From Candidatus Saccharimonadota bacterium (GTDB lineage Bacteria; Patescibacteriota; Saccharimonadia; Saccharimonadales; Saccharimonadaceae): a DNA stretch of 64,000 nt. Where the stretch lies: contig JAFWHN010000005.1 of NCBI GenBank assembly GCA_017515205.1, forward strand, positions 13-64,012, read 5' to 3'. Position 1 is the stretch's first letter. Each line of letters begins with the position of its first letter. The translations under genes and the position numbers were made by a program. The notes below the pieces were generated by a model, which had not been told where the DNA came from, made no database searches, and worked only from the letters and a program-made list of their open reading frames with translations. This document shows, one piece after another, positions 28,271-38,613 of the stretch.

Positions 28271-29350
28271 ATGGAAAATAACGCTACAAATACACTTAAA
28301 ATTGAATCGTTACTTGAAGAATGCGTCCGACGTGATGCTTCAGATTTACATATTCAATATGGTCTGCCACCGATTTTACGTATTGATGGTGTTCTTACAC
28401 CAATTGCTGGCACGCACGCCTTGAACGAGAATGATCTCAAAAATCTCATTTTTGCTACTCTCGACGAAGATCAGCAAAAGATTTTGATTAAAGATAAAGA
28501 ATTTGATTATTCGTTTGCCTTTGGTGATATCGCCCGTTTCCGGGTTAACGCCTTCCATGAACGTGGTAAACTGGCTGCCGCTTTTCGTTTGATTCCTAAT
28601 AAAATCAAGAATATCAATGATCTTGGCATGCCTAGCATTGTTGAGACCTTTGCTGATTTTCCGCGTGGCTTAGTCCTCGTTACCGGCCCTACTGGCTCTG
28701 GCAAGTCTACGACTCTAGCAGCTCTTGTAGATAAAATTAATCACGAAAAATCTACTCACATTATTACTATTGAGGATCCTATCGAGTTTACTCATAAATC
28801 TGAGCGTTCTGTCATTGTCCAGCGTGAAGTGCATTATGATACCTTTAGCTTTGCTGCCGCGCTCCGTTCAGTGCTACGTGAAGACCCAGATGTAGTTCTA
28901 ATTGGTGAGATGCGCGATCTAGAGACCATTCAGGCCGCCATTACTATTGCGGAAACTGGTCACTTGGTATTTGCTACTCTTCACACCAATTCTGCTGCTC
29001 AATCTATTGATCGTATGGTAGATGTCTTTCCATCCCATCAACAACCGCAAATTCGCACTCAGCTTTCCAACATGTTGATGGCTATCTGTGCCCAACGTCT
29101 AGTTCCTGCCATCGGTGGTGGTCGTGTGGTGGCTGCCGAAATTATGGTTGCAAACTCCGCTATTCGTACTTTGATTCGTGAAGGTAAAACTCATCAAATT
29201 GATACTGCAATTCAGACTGGTGCCGACCAAGGCATGCAGACTATGGATCGCACTCTAGCTAAGCTTGTTCAAACCGGTGTTATCACCTATGATTCCGCCC
29301 GCGAGTTCGCTGTAGATCTCAATGAATTAAACAGGTTAGTAAAGGGCTAA
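28271..29350 (+). CDS. pilT: Type IV pilus retraction ATPase
   Basis: ASDLH, GPTGSGKSTT, LREDPDV, ETGHLVFATLHT, GMQTMD. Confidence 0.96.
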   Translation: MENNATNTLKIESLLEECVRRDASDLHIQYGLPPILRIDGVLTPIAGTHALNENDLKNLIFATLDEDQQKILIKDKEFDYSFAFGDIARFRVNAFHERGKLAAAFRLIPNKIKNINDLGMPSIVETFADFPRGLVLVTGPTGSGKSTTLAALVDKINHEKSTHIITIEDPIEFTHKSERSVIVQREVHYDTFSFAAALRSVLREDPDVVLIGEMRDLETIQAAITIAETGHLVFATLHTNSAAQSIDRMVDVFPSHQQPQIRTQLSNMLMAICAQRLVPAIGGGRVVAAEIMVANSAIRTLIREGKTHQIDTAIQTGADQGMQTMDRTLAKLVQTGVITYDSAREFAVDLNELNRLVKG

Positions 29351-29351
29351 A

Positions 29352-30557
29352 ATGAAACGGTTCGATTATAAAGCCAAAGAGAAAAAGACTGGCAAGCTCG
29401 TCAAAGGCAATATCCAAGCTGAAAACGAACAAACAGCCGGCCGGCTTTTGATTGAACAAGGTTATATTCCTCAGAGTGTCACAGAAGAGGGAACTGGTAT
29501 CTTTGGTGGTAAAGGACATATTTCTACCAAAGATCGTATTATGTTTACTCGTCAGCTATCTACTTTGATTGGTGCTGGTCTTCCACTTGCTACTTCTCTT
29601 CGTACCGTTGCTGAACAGACTCAAACTAAAGCCATGAAGTCCGTTGTAGAAGACATTCTTGCCAAAGTTGAATCCGGCAAAACACTATATGATTCATTCT
29701 CTGAATATCCTGACACCTTCAATGGCGTTTATTTGGCTCTTATTAAAGCCGGCGAGACTTCCGGTACTCTGGATTTGGCTTTGAAACGTCTTGCCGATCA
29801 AGAGGAAAAGGATGCTGCTATGCTTAGTAAAATTCGTGGCGCCCTCGTTTATCCAGGGATTATTTTGGGTGTTATTATCGCTGTCCTTGCTTTCATGATG
29901 ATCATGGTTGTCCCACAGGTTAAAGGTCTTTACGAAGATATGGGTCAAGAGCTTCCTGAACTAACTAAAATTTTGGTGGCCATCTCTGATTTCTTTGGCG
30001 CCTTCTGGTGGTTAGTTTTAATTATATTGATTGCTATCTGCGGTGGCATCTATTATGCTGTCAAAAAAACTCCCGCTGGTCGCAAAATTGCTGATACTAT
30101 TAAAATTAATGTGCCACTGTTCGGCGGCCTCTTTAAAAAGCTTTATGTTTCGCGCTTTGCTCGCACTACCGAAATGATGTTGGCCACCGGCGTGCCTATG
30201 CTAGACTCAGTTAAAATCGCTATTGAGGCCACTAGCAATGTCGTCATTGAGGAAGAATATAACAAATCCCTTGATATTATTAAAGGCGGCAAAGCTCTCT
30301 CTGAATCGTTGAAAGATCGTAAATACATGCTCCCACTCGTGCCACAGATGGCTTCCATCGGTGAGGAATCCGGTAAAATTGATGAAATGTTGGGTAAAGC
30401 CGCCACAGTTTACGAAAACGAACTTGATGAACAGATTAACAACATTTCTACTATGATTGAGCCAGTCTTAATGGTTATTATGGCTGGCCTCATTGGCGTG
30501 GTTATTGGTGGCACCTTGCTCCCAATTTACTCGCTAGTTAACTCTATTGCTGCTTAA
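29352..30557 (+). CDS. pilC: Type IV pilus platform protein
   Basis: FTRQLSTLIGAG, AGETSG, GEESG, IEP duplicated T2SSF domains. Confidence 0.95.
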   Translation: MKRFDYKAKEKKTGKLVKGNIQAENEQTAGRLLIEQGYIPQSVTEEGTGIFGGKGHISTKDRIMFTRQLSTLIGAGLPLATSLRTVAEQTQTKAMKSVVEDILAKVESGKTLYDSFSEYPDTFNGVYLALIKAGETSGTLDLALKRLADQEEKDAAMLSKIRGALVYPGIILGVIIAVLAFMMIMVVPQVKGLYEDMGQELPELTKILVAISDFFGAFWWLVLIILIAICGGIYYAVKKTPAGRKIADTIKINVPLFGGLFKKLYVSRFARTTEMMLATGVPMLDSVKIAIEATSNVVIEEEYNKSLDIIKGGKALSESLKDRKYMLPLVPQMASIGEESGKIDEMLGKAATVYENELDEQINNISTMIEPVLMVIMAGLIGVVIGGTLLPIYSLVNSIAA

Positions 30558-30636
30558 AGCTTTTTAATAGAACAATTCGTTGGCCGTTCTTGCTATTTTT
30601 TATAATTATCAAAAGGACTGCATCATTATTCTATAT

Positions 30637-30664
30637 AAAAATACTCCCCTAAGGGAGTATTTTT
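30637..30664. terminator. Bidirectional terminator between pilC and pilin
   Basis: aatactccc-ctaa-gggagtatt with flanking A/T tracts. Confidence 0.75.
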
Positions 30665-30682
30665 ATTATTGACTAATCAATT

Positions 30683-31339
30683 CTACTGATCATCGATACA
30701 ATAGGTACCAGCACCTTCAAGACGGTAGAGAATTGCAAAGTGACGAGTAGAAGACTTAGCAACTACATCACCAATGCATCTACCACCAGGTACGATATAA
30801 ACCACGTGGGCATCAAATGATTGTCCATTGAGATTTGCAATGGTATAGCCATCAGTGCCATCGCTCGCTTTCGCTGCAGATAATTGGCTCGTTCCTATAT
30901 TGCTTTGGTTGGAAGGATTAGTACAACTACTTTCACCCCAGTTACAAGTAATTACTAAACTATATGCCACGCCATCTGGATCCTGAAAATTATTGTCCTT
31001 ACCATCATTCTCAGAAGAACCCGTATTCATATAATCACGCACAAACGTACAAGCGCTGTTGCTACTGCAACCATCTGGGAAGTTATTCCCAGAAGAAGAA
31101 AAATCCTGCTTGCCAGCAGATGGCAAGTTGTTAGTTTGATTGCTATGATTTGTCTGATACTGTGAAAGCGAAGTATCTACCCGCGACATATCATTACGAC
31201 GTTGTGTATCACGTTGTGACCGCTGAAGTGCTGGGAGCGCTACGAACACCATCAAGAAGATAAGACCCGCAATAGCAAGTACGAGCACGACCTCGATGAT
31301 GGTAAAGCCCTTTTTATTGTTGATATTGTTTTTTGCCAT
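30683..31339 (-). CDS. Type IV pilin (probable major pilin)
   Basis: Class III signal KKG|FTIIEV; C-terminal Cys pair. Confidence 0.9.
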   Translation of the reverse strand: MAKNNINNKKGFTIIEVVLVLAIAGLIFLMVFVALPALQRSQRDTQRRNDMSRVDTSLSQYQTNHSNQTNNLPSAGKQDFSSSGNNFPDGCSSNSACTFVRDYMNTGSSENDGKDNNFQDPDGVAYSLVITCNWGESSCTNPSNQSNIGTSQLSAAKASDGTDGYTIANLNGQSFDAHVVYIVPGGRCIGDVVAKSSTRHFAILYRLEGAGTYCIDDQ

Positions 31340-31499
31340 AAATAATCCTTTCTAGTTATAGCTTTGTGTCGCTTGACGACTACTTTGCGACATAACCTTT
31401 ACCTTATAATATCAAAAACTTCTAAAAAAGCAAGAGCTTTTTAAAAACAAAACCCAGGGCGCTCAAATCATTATCAAGATGCTAAACATATAGCAATTA

Positions 31500-32033
31500 T
31501 TAAGAATTGCTACAATAAGCTCCAGCACCCTCGAGTTTATAAATTACAGCCAATTTTCGCGGGTTACCAGTCGGTTTCGCTTTAGTCCCATCACATTGAG
31601 CCTGCTTTACAACTAACATTGTGTAGTTATTAGGAAATGTAGCATTGTCCAGATTGCCACATTCCGTCGCGGAAGAATTGCAAGTTCTAATTCTTAATCT
31701 GTATGGCTTACCATCAGGGTCAATGAACTTATCTCCCAAATACTCTTTGTAAAATCCCGCCCACTTAGTGATAGTTGTATTGCCGCTTGAAGTATTTGTC
31801 ACGCCATCTAATGAGTCGGGGTCAGATCCGCCAGGCAGAGCCCCTCGGTTATTAGTCTGGTAATTCTTTACTTCCTCCAAAAACTTAGCTATATCTTCTC
31901 GTCTTTGCGAATCTCTTTGAGAAGTCCTTAAACCTGGAAGTGCCACAAAAACCATTAAGAAAATCAGCCCCGCAACAGCAATCACTAGCGAAACCTCAAT
32001 AATCGTAAACCCTTTATGAAATCTATTTTTCAT
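31500..32033 (-). CDS. Type IV pilin paralog
   Basis: HKG|FTIIEV; SQRDSQRRED. Confidence 0.9.
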   Translation of the reverse strand: MKNRFHKGFTIIEVSLVIAVAGLIFLMVFVALPGLRTSQRDSQRREDIAKFLEEVKNYQTNNRGALPGGSDPDSLDGVTNTSSGNTTITKWAGFYKEYLGDKFIDPDGKPYRLRIRTCNSSATECGNLDNATFPNNYTMLVVKQAQCDGTKAKPTGNPRKLAVIYKLEGAGAYCSNS

Positions 32034-32230
32034 ATTTCTCCTTATGCTTATTATATAGATTTTTCACATAAAAAACAAGTGCCATATACCCCCAAAAAAC
32101 ATGGCTCGATTAAGAATTGCAGTCGCTATTATATCCTAGAACTTATCATGATGTCTTTCCACGATAAAAAACAACCCAAAATTACACTATAAGCCTATCA
32201 CGGAAAATCTATCCGTGTTAAAATAAAACT

Positions 32231-33028
32231 ATGCAAATAATATTTCTTATCCTTCTGTTTATCTTAGGAGCTTGTATCGGTTCATTCCTATGCTGCTCAG
32301 CTAGGCGTCTCAAAAATCACCAAGCCAAACATCAGCCCCTGGGTAAACGCTCCGTCTGCCTGTCCTGCCATTATCAATTAAAATGGTACGATAATTTACC
32401 AATTATTTCTTGGGTTATTTTGAAGGGTAGATGTCGCAAATGCCATCAAAAAATTGGCCTCGCCGAATTTTTATCAGAAATTGGCACCGCCCTTGCTTTC
32501 GTCGCTTTAGGCACTACTATTAATGTTGAAACGGCGGGACTTCTTACATGGCTGACCTTTATATCTACAGTTTTACTCACTACCATCTTGCTATTTCTCG
32601 CTATTTTTGATGGTCTTTACGGAGAGCTTCCCACAATTTTTCTAATTTCAGCAATTATTTGTGGTTTCGCAGTTTTAGTACTTAAAGAGTTTTCGTTCTT
32701 AACACTCTACCCTTTGGGTGAATTAATTTGGCAGCCCATTCTCTCAATTCTCATTCTAGGCGGGCTTTATCTAGTACTATATATCATCTCAAAAGGGAAG
32801 TGGGTTGGTGACGGCGATTGGCTACTTGGTACTGCTATCGGCTTAGCTCTTTTTAGCCCCTGGCTGGCAGTTATCACTTTATTTGTTTCAAATACTCTTG
32901 CTTTTCTGGTGATGTATCCTAAATCTAAAAAAAATCGTCACTTCAAAATTTTTTTTGGCCCTTTTCTCGTCGTTGCATTTATTATTGTCTGCAGCTTATC
33001 GAACCAACTTCTTTCACTAATCCCGTAA
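32231..33028 (+). CDS. pilD: Prepilin peptidase
   Basis: RSVCLSC...GRCRKC Zn motif; aspartates in IFD and GDGD; FGPF. Confidence 0.93.
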   Translation: MQIIFLILLFILGACIGSFLCCSARRLKNHQAKHQPLGKRSVCLSCHYQLKWYDNLPIISWVILKGRCRKCHQKIGLAEFLSEIGTALAFVALGTTINVETAGLLTWLTFISTVLLTTILLFLAIFDGLYGELPTIFLISAIICGFAVLVLKEFSFLTLYPLGELIWQPILSILILGGLYLVLYIISKGKWVGDGDWLLGTAIGLALFSPWLAVITLFVSNTLAFLVMYPKSKKNRHFKIFFGPFLVVAFIIVCSLSNQLLSLIP

Positions 33029-33066
33029 TTATTCGGAAGATTTTCAAAGTGTGCTATAATTAGCTT

Positions 33067-33849
33067 ATGGTAAAAAAAGGCGACACATTAATTGAAGTGA
33101 CCTTAGCTGTTGGTATTTTTTCGATGATTGCTATTGCGATTGTAGCCGTCATGAGTAGCGGCACATCCAATGCTCAACTCTCGCTTGAAACTACGCTTGC
33201 CCGCGAAGAAATCGATACTCAAGCCGAAGCTCTTCGCTTTATTCAGTCTTCTTATCTTGCAAACCGCGATTCGGCTGATAATCGCTATACCAAACTTTGG
33301 AAAAAAATTACCGATCCCAGAAACGTCCTAGACGCCAAATCACTCCAGACAGACGACGATGCAAAGGTGAACATTTTTAATTTTACGCCCACTAACTGCA
33401 AGGAATTATATAACTCCAATTCTACTCGCTTCAGTAACATCAAAAATCAAAAAGCGTTTATTATCAATCCCCGTAAATTTGATACTTTTACCGCCAATCA
33501 ATTAGACTCAGTCGTTTCTTATTATGAAGGATCCGGCATATTTAGACCTGCCACCACTTACCCACATTTAATCTTTAATACTGCTGGAGGCAATAAGGAA
33601 GAAGGCCTAATTAATACATTTAATAACACCACTCTCAATTACGCTGAAGGCATCTACGTCATCGCTGTAAAAGACGCTGGCACCACGAGTATTGTCGATC
33701 AGAGTGGCAGTGGTACGGACGATACCAAAAAGAGCTCTGCCTTCTATGATTTCTATATCCGCACTTGTTGGTACGGCACAGACGCCGAACATCCTTCAAC
33801 CATTTCAACTGTGATGCGCTTGTATGATCCAGATGTCGTCTCCCCCTAA
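33067..33849 (+). CDS. Minor type IV pilin
   Basis: KKG|DTLIEV signal followed by a hydrophobic helix. Confidence 0.8.
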   Translation: MVKKGDTLIEVTLAVGIFSMIAIAIVAVMSSGTSNAQLSLETTLAREEIDTQAEALRFIQSSYLANRDSADNRYTKLWKKITDPRNVLDAKSLQTDDDAKVNIFNFTPTNCKELYNSNSTRFSNIKNQKAFIINPRKFDTFTANQLDSVVSYYEGSGIFRPATTYPHLIFNTAGGNKEEGLINTFNNTTLNYAEGIYVIAVKDAGTTSIVDQSGSGTDDTKKSSAFYDFYIRTCWYGTDAEHPSTISTVMRLYDPDVVSP

Positions 33850-33916
33850 TAATTAAGACATCGTTTCATCATAACAATTCGCTATTTTGTCCAAACATGT
33901 TTTTTACAATGATTAG

Positions 33917-34855
33917 CTATTTTGTTTCACTGTGGAATTTTTCATGCACCTCTTTAAGGTGCGTGTCTGTCACGTGCGTATATATTTGCGTTGTTGAAAT
34001 ATCTGCATGACCTAGCATTGATTGTACTGCCCTCAAATCCGCTCCGTTCATCAGTAGATCAGTCGCAAACGAATGCCTCAGAGTATGCGGCGAAACGTGC
34101 TTAGTAATACCCGCAAGCCGGGCATATTTATCGATAATCCTTTCTACTGACCTCGCCGTCATTCGTCGATAATCACCCGATGTATCTGCCGTTTGCAAAT
34201 TCCGTGAGTTATTTAAAAACAGCGCTGGCAGGGAATCAGTGCGAGCGTCCAAATAATCTCTCACTCGGTCCGCACAAGCCTCCGAAATAAAAATTGGCCG
34301 ATCTTTTGAGCCCTTACCACGCACCATAAATTCTCGTCTTTCCAAATTAATTGAATCACGATTTAGCCCTACCAACTCTGATACTCGTAACCCTCCCGAA
34401 TACAACAGCTCAATGATAGCTCGGTCTCTTAGCCCCGACTCGGTGGATGTGTCCACTTGCTCTAACATTTCTTCCACCTCGTCAAAATGCAAAAACGTCA
34501 CTTGTTTCCTAATCACTCTCGGCAAATCCACTAGTGACGGATCTAATGATTTAATCTCCCTTCGTGCCAAGTATTTCAGAAACCCTCTCAATGCAATCAA
34601 ATGATATGCCTGTGTAATCACTTTCAAATCATCCTCGCCGTTTTTTGAACCGTAGCGGTTGAGCTTCAGGCGGTATTTTCTTAAGAGTTCTTTCGTAATA
34701 TCGCTCGGTTTAATCTCATCTTTATTTAGAATCTCCTGCGCAATTTCCAAAAACCTCTCTAAATATAATCGATAATTTTCAACGGTCTTCTTGCTGCGCC
34801 CCGCTTCCACCTCGAGATGTTCCAAAAAATCATTGATTAAATCGTAAATATCCAT
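33917..34855 (-). CDS. xerC: XerC/XerD-family tyrosine recombinase
   Basis: GLRVSE, GKGSK, HTLRHSFAT, LGHADISTTQIYTH; start corrected to 34855. XerC vs XerD cannot be resolved. Confidence 0.85.
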   Translation of the reverse strand: MDIYDLINDFLEHLEVEAGRSKKTVENYRLYLERFLEIAQEILNKDEIKPSDITKELLRKYRLKLNRYGSKNGEDDLKVITQAYHLIALRGFLKYLARREIKSLDPSLVDLPRVIRKQVTFLHFDEVEEMLEQVDTSTESGLRDRAIIELLYSGGLRVSELVGLNRDSINLERREFMVRGKGSKDRPIFISEACADRVRDYLDARTDSLPALFLNNSRNLQTADTSGDYRRMTARSVERIIDKYARLAGITKHVSPHTLRHSFATDLLMNGADLRAVQSMLGHADISTTQIYTHVTDTHLKEVHEKFHSETK

Positions 34856-34872
34856 ACTTTCATTATAGCATA

Positions 34873-34954
34873 GCAAGCGGATGACGGCTTTGGAGGGGGT
34901 CCCCCAAAAGTGCCACCACTTTTGGGGGAGGACAAAAGCCGGCAGGACCCGCTT
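34873..34954. repeat. GC-rich nested palindrome between divergent xerC and ndk
   Basis: cccccaaaagtg/cacttttggggg inner stem; ggcttt/aaagcc and aagcgg/ccgctt outer stems. Confidence 0.75.
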
Positions 34955-34985
34955 AGAATATGCTATAATAAAAAAAAGGAGTTTT

Positions 34986-35501
34986 ATGGCAAAATCACAA
35001 GATTTTATTCAAAGAAGTTTAGTAGTTTTAAAGCCGGACACTGTTCAGCGGGGAATCATCGGCGAAGTCATTCAGCGTTTTGAACGCGTCGGTCTCAAAA
35101 TCGTCGGTATGAAAATGGTCATGCCAGACGAAAAATTGTATCGCATGCACTATGAAGGCATCGGCCAAATGATTTCACGCCGGGGCGAACAAGCCTTTCG
35201 CTACAATGTTGAATATATGATGACTGGCCCCGTGATTGCGATGGTACTAGAGGGCGTAGAAGCTGTTCCGCTAGTCCGTAAAATTGTTGGCCCAACCGAA
35301 CCAAAATCTGCCGAAATGGGCACCATTCGTGGCGATTTCTCTCATATGAGTTTCGGCTATTCCGACGCCAAGGGGACTGGTGTGCCTAACCTCGTCCACG
35401 CCTCTGGCAATCTCGACGAGGCCAAAAAAGAGATCGACCTCTGGTTCAACGCCAACGAGCTCTACGACTATTCTGACTTAAACGAAAAATACACCCGTTA
35501 A
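34986..35501 (+). CDS. ndk: Nucleoside-diphosphate kinase
   Basis: KPDTVQRG, GTIRGDF, NLVHASG; AAGGAG SD before 34986. Confidence 0.95.
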   Translation: MAKSQDFIQRSLVVLKPDTVQRGIIGEVIQRFERVGLKIVGMKMVMPDEKLYRMHYEGIGQMISRRGEQAFRYNVEYMMTGPVIAMVLEGVEAVPLVRKIVGPTEPKSAEMGTIRGDFSHMSFGYSDAKGTGVPNLVHASGNLDEAKKEIDLWFNANELYDYSDLNEKYTR

Positions 35502-35595
35502 ATAATTACAAAAAAGAAAGGGCCGGATTTACTCCGACCCTTTCGTTTGGGGGGGTATTAGGATTAGAGATTTGAGGGAATTGGGGGGGAATCCC

Positions 35596-36060
35596 TCATT
35601 TTAGAGTAAACGCCGAGTCGAACTTGGCGAAACTCCGTATATAATTGCACACGCTTGCGCGTGACAATTTCTTCTTTCCTCCTTTCCAGGTGATTTTCAT
35701 CCCATACCCATCGGCTGCTAGTTTCACCATCTTACTTGTCACATATTTTTCTGTGACAGGTTTGTTGGCTTTCCTCAGGTCATTCATCGTGATTTTGACC
35801 TTGCCTGGGTACAGATTATTTAAGACTAGCAGATACTGTCTCCTAGTCATCTTCTTGTTGGGATAAAACTTTTTACCAGTAAACACGCCTTTAAATCCGC
35901 CGTGCTTCTTGATAAATTTTATAGATTTGATGCTCTTAGCATCAATATTTTCCCTATTTACATCCTTGTAGCCTGCGGCTGCAAAAGACGTACACGTCAT
36001 CCCAAAAACCACTACCAAACTCATCAATAATGCTATAGCTGCCTTTGTCGTCTTTCTCAT
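35596..36060 (-). CDS. Secreted Lys-rich protein with SLH-like domain
   Basis: Signal peptide; YKDV...GGFKG...FYPNKKMTRRQ resembles the SLH consensus. Confidence 0.65.
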   Translation of the reverse strand: MRKTTKAAIALLMSLVVVFGMTCTSFAAAGYKDVNRENIDAKSIKSIKFIKKHGGFKGVFTGKKFYPNKKMTRRQYLLVLNNLYPGKVKITMNDLRKANKPVTEKYVTSKMVKLAADGYGMKITWKGGKKKLSRASVCNYIRSFAKFDSAFTLK

Positions 36061-36162
36061 CTTTATTACCTCCGTAAATCATCTATAAACAAAACGTTAC
36101 GACAAACACTATCAGTACTAATTATAGCACTTCACACGTATTTTGTCAATAGCTTGCCTCAG

Positions 36163-36897
36163 TTAGAGTACTTTTTGCAAAAATTCCTTCACTCTATCTG
36201 TTTTGGGGTGTGAGAAGAACGTATTTGGCTCACCCTCCTCTATAATTCGCCCCTTATCAATAAATACTATCCTAGTAGCAATCTCTCTAGCAAAGCCCAT
36301 TTCATGAGTCACAATCATAATTGTCATCCCCCTATCGGCCAATTCTCGTATCAAATCCAATACGTCCCCAATTGCCTCTGGATCTAGCGCCGAAGTTGGT
36401 TCATCAAAGAGTAGTACTTCAGGGTTCAGCATCATCGCACGAATAATCGCAATCCGCTGTTTTTGTCCACCCGACAGGGAAGCAGGGTAGGCTTCCGCTT
36501 TATTAGGTAGTCCAATATGACGCAAAAGTTCTTTCGCCCGTTTTTCCGCCACCTCGCGTGTCATAATTTTCAGTTTTACTGGTGCCAGAATCAAATTGTC
36601 CATCACCGTCAGATTATTAATCAAATTAAAATGCTGGAACACCATTCCCATATTTCGGCGCATTTTTCGGATGTTTTTCTCTGTCACGAGCGTCCCGTCA
36701 AAATAAATTTCACCCGAAGTTGGCTCTTCCATCCAGTTGATACAGCGCAGGAATGTGGATTTTCCCGATCCAGAAGGCCCCAAAATTACTACTCTTTCAC
36801 CTTCCTTCAGCTCAAAATCTATCCCATTTAGCACTTTATTCTTGCCAAATTGCTTCTTTAAATTCTTGATTTTCAAATCAGTTTCGGTATTTTCCAT
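36163..36897 (-). CDS. Polar amino-acid ABC transporter ATP-binding protein (GlnQ-like)
   Basis: GPSGSGKST, LSGGQKQR, LFDEPTSALD. Confidence 0.95.
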   Translation of the reverse strand: MENTETDLKIKNLKKQFGKNKVLNGIDFELKEGERVVILGPSGSGKSTFLRCINWMEEPTSGEIYFDGTLVTEKNIRKMRRNMGMVFQHFNLINNLTVMDNLILAPVKLKIMTREVAEKRAKELLRHIGLPNKAEAYPASLSGGQKQRIAIIRAMMLNPEVLLFDEPTSALDPEAIGDVLDLIRELADRGMTIMIVTHEMGFAREIATRIVFIDKGRIIEEGEPNTFFSHPKTDRVKEFLQKVL

Positions 36898-37602
36898 TTA
36901 TTCCTCCGCCCTCAAATCACTTCGCCGCAAAGATTTTTCAATTCGCTTCACGATAAATGTAATCAGATAAATTGTTGCTAGATAGAACAGCGCCGCCACA
37001 AACATCGGGACAATATAACTTGCCATATTTTGACCTGAACCAATATCTTTGGCTGCCATGTTGAGATCATACATCCCCACCATACTCACGATTGCAGTCT
37101 CCTTAATCACCGTAATTACTTCATTTCCAAGCGCCGGAATAATGTTTTTAATCGCTTGCGGTGCTACGATTTTAAAGAAAATCGTCGTTCTAGATAAACC
37201 GAGCGCTAATCCCGCCTCCGTCTGCCCCTTATCTACTGAAAGAATCCCACCTCTGATCACCTCTGCTGCATAGGCCGCTGAATTTAGCCCAAATGCTAGT
37301 ATCGCAATAATAATGCTTGGAAATCCTTTAATTGCAAAAATCACAAAGAACATGATAAACAGCTGCAATGCCATTGGCGTACCCCTAATAATGGTTGTAT
37401 AGACTCTACAAATAAACTTTGGTATCACCAACCATTTAGAAGGTCTTGCCGTATCTATTAAGGCGATAATCGCTCCAAGTATCATACCAATCAAAATTGC
37501 AAAATACGAAATCTGAATTGTTAGCCAAAAACCGTGTAGCAGCGAATCAATGTATTCAGGTGTACTAAAAAGTTCTCCAATTTTTTCAAAAAAACTATTC
37601 AT
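36898..37602 (-). CDS. Polar amino-acid ABC transporter permease
   Basis: RGTP, AYAAEVIRGGI..VDKGQTEA. Confidence 0.93.
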   Translation of the reverse strand: MNSFFEKIGELFSTPEYIDSLLHGFWLTIQISYFAILIGMILGAIIALIDTARPSKWLVIPKFICRVYTTIIRGTPMALQLFIMFFVIFAIKGFPSIIIAILAFGLNSAAYAAEVIRGGILSVDKGQTEAGLALGLSRTTIFFKIVAPQAIKNIIPALGNEVITVIKETAIVSMVGMYDLNMAAKDIGSGQNMASYIVPMFVAALFYLATIYLITFIVKRIEKSLRRSDLRAEE

Positions 37603-38446
37603 CTTCTAACCCCATATATTTTAATACTAGCTTATCAATTTCAGTTTTACCTTCAGCATCTTCCGTTAACATTTCCGCCAACACTTCATTGAAAGCCTCC
37701 AGAAGTTCTGGTCTGTCTTTATTCACTGCTATAGCATAAGATTCCTCTACGGGGTAATCTTCCTCCCGCGTCGGTCCAGAATAATAAAGTGGCAAAGCCT
37801 GCAATCCTGGATTTTTCTCAACGATAAATTGCGCCACTAATTCATCCGCAATCGCAAAGTCAATAATATGTGAAGAAATTGCATCCGCTGCCAACTGGTG
37901 TGAGTCAATCCCTTTAATCGTAGTGCCAGTATCTTTCAAAACTCCATTTTCAATTTCATCGTCTACAAACAAATACCCTGTGCTACCAATTTGTGAGCCT
38001 AGGACGTGTCCTGCCAAAGCTTCCCAAACTACGTGGTCATCGCGCAGCGATGGCGGCATTTCGCTACTAAAAATCACATACTGCACTGAACTATAATAGG
38101 GAATCGTAAAATTTACTTTTTCTTCACGGGCCGGTGTGATCGTTAGCCCTGCTGCTCCCGCATCCGCAATTTTCCCAGCTTCCACATTGTCAATAATGAC
38201 ATCAAATTCCACATTTTGAATTTGAATTTTTTTGTCCATCTTTTCAGCCACGCGATTGACAATGTCTACATCCACACCCACAATTTGCCGATTTTCATAA
38301 AACTCAAATGGCGTAAATGGCACATTAGTTTCTACCACATAATCTGCATTTTTTTCACCACTAATCGAATAATAAACACTCACCCCCATCCCTGCTGTCA
38401 CTAATAAAAACACCACCAGAAAGATTATACTTTTAACCTTATGCAT
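37595..38446 (-). CDS. Polar amino-acid ABC transporter substrate-binding protein
   Basis: PFTPFEF, GVDVDI, ITPAREEKVNFTIPY; N-terminal anchor. Confidence 0.9.
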   Translation of the reverse strand: MHKVKSIIFLVVFLLVTAGMGVSVYYSISGEKNADYVVETNVPFTPFEFYENRQIVGVDVDIVNRVAEKMDKKIQIQNVEFDVIIDNVEAGKIADAGAAGLTITPAREEKVNFTIPYYSSVQYVIFSSEMPPSLRDDHVVWEALAGHVLGSQIGSTGYLFVDDEIENGVLKDTGTTIKGIDSHQLAADAISSHIIDFAIADELVAQFIVEKNPGLQALPLYYSGPTREEDYPVEESYAIAVNKDRPELLEAFNEVLAEMLTEDAEGKTEIDKLVLKYMGLEDE

Positions 38447-38520
38447 AATATGATTATAGCACAAATTCTAGAGCGTGCGATATCTATGGGCAAACATTTT
38501 GTGCTATAATATTTACGTAT

Positions 38521-38596
38521 GGTCCGGTGGCTCAATGGATAGAGCAGCTCCGTCCTAAGGAGAAGGTTGTGCGTTCGACTCGCACCCGGATCACCA
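38521..38596 (+). tRNA. tRNA-Arg(CCT)
   Basis: GGTCCGG/CCGGATC; anticodon loop GTCCTAA; GTTCGAC; CCA. Confidence 0.92.
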
Positions 38597-38613
38597 ATTA
38601 ATACTTAATTATC

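Noticed and set aside
30683-32033. Pilin antigenic-variation cassettes or a Xer-driven shufflon
   Set aside because: The N-termini are similar in protein but saturated at synonymous sites, each gene has its own upstream region, and I found no convincing flanking inverted repeats.
35549-35597. G-quadruplex or phase-variable G tracts
   Set aside because: Only three G3+ runs; better explained as a terminator-like hairpin after the SLH gene.
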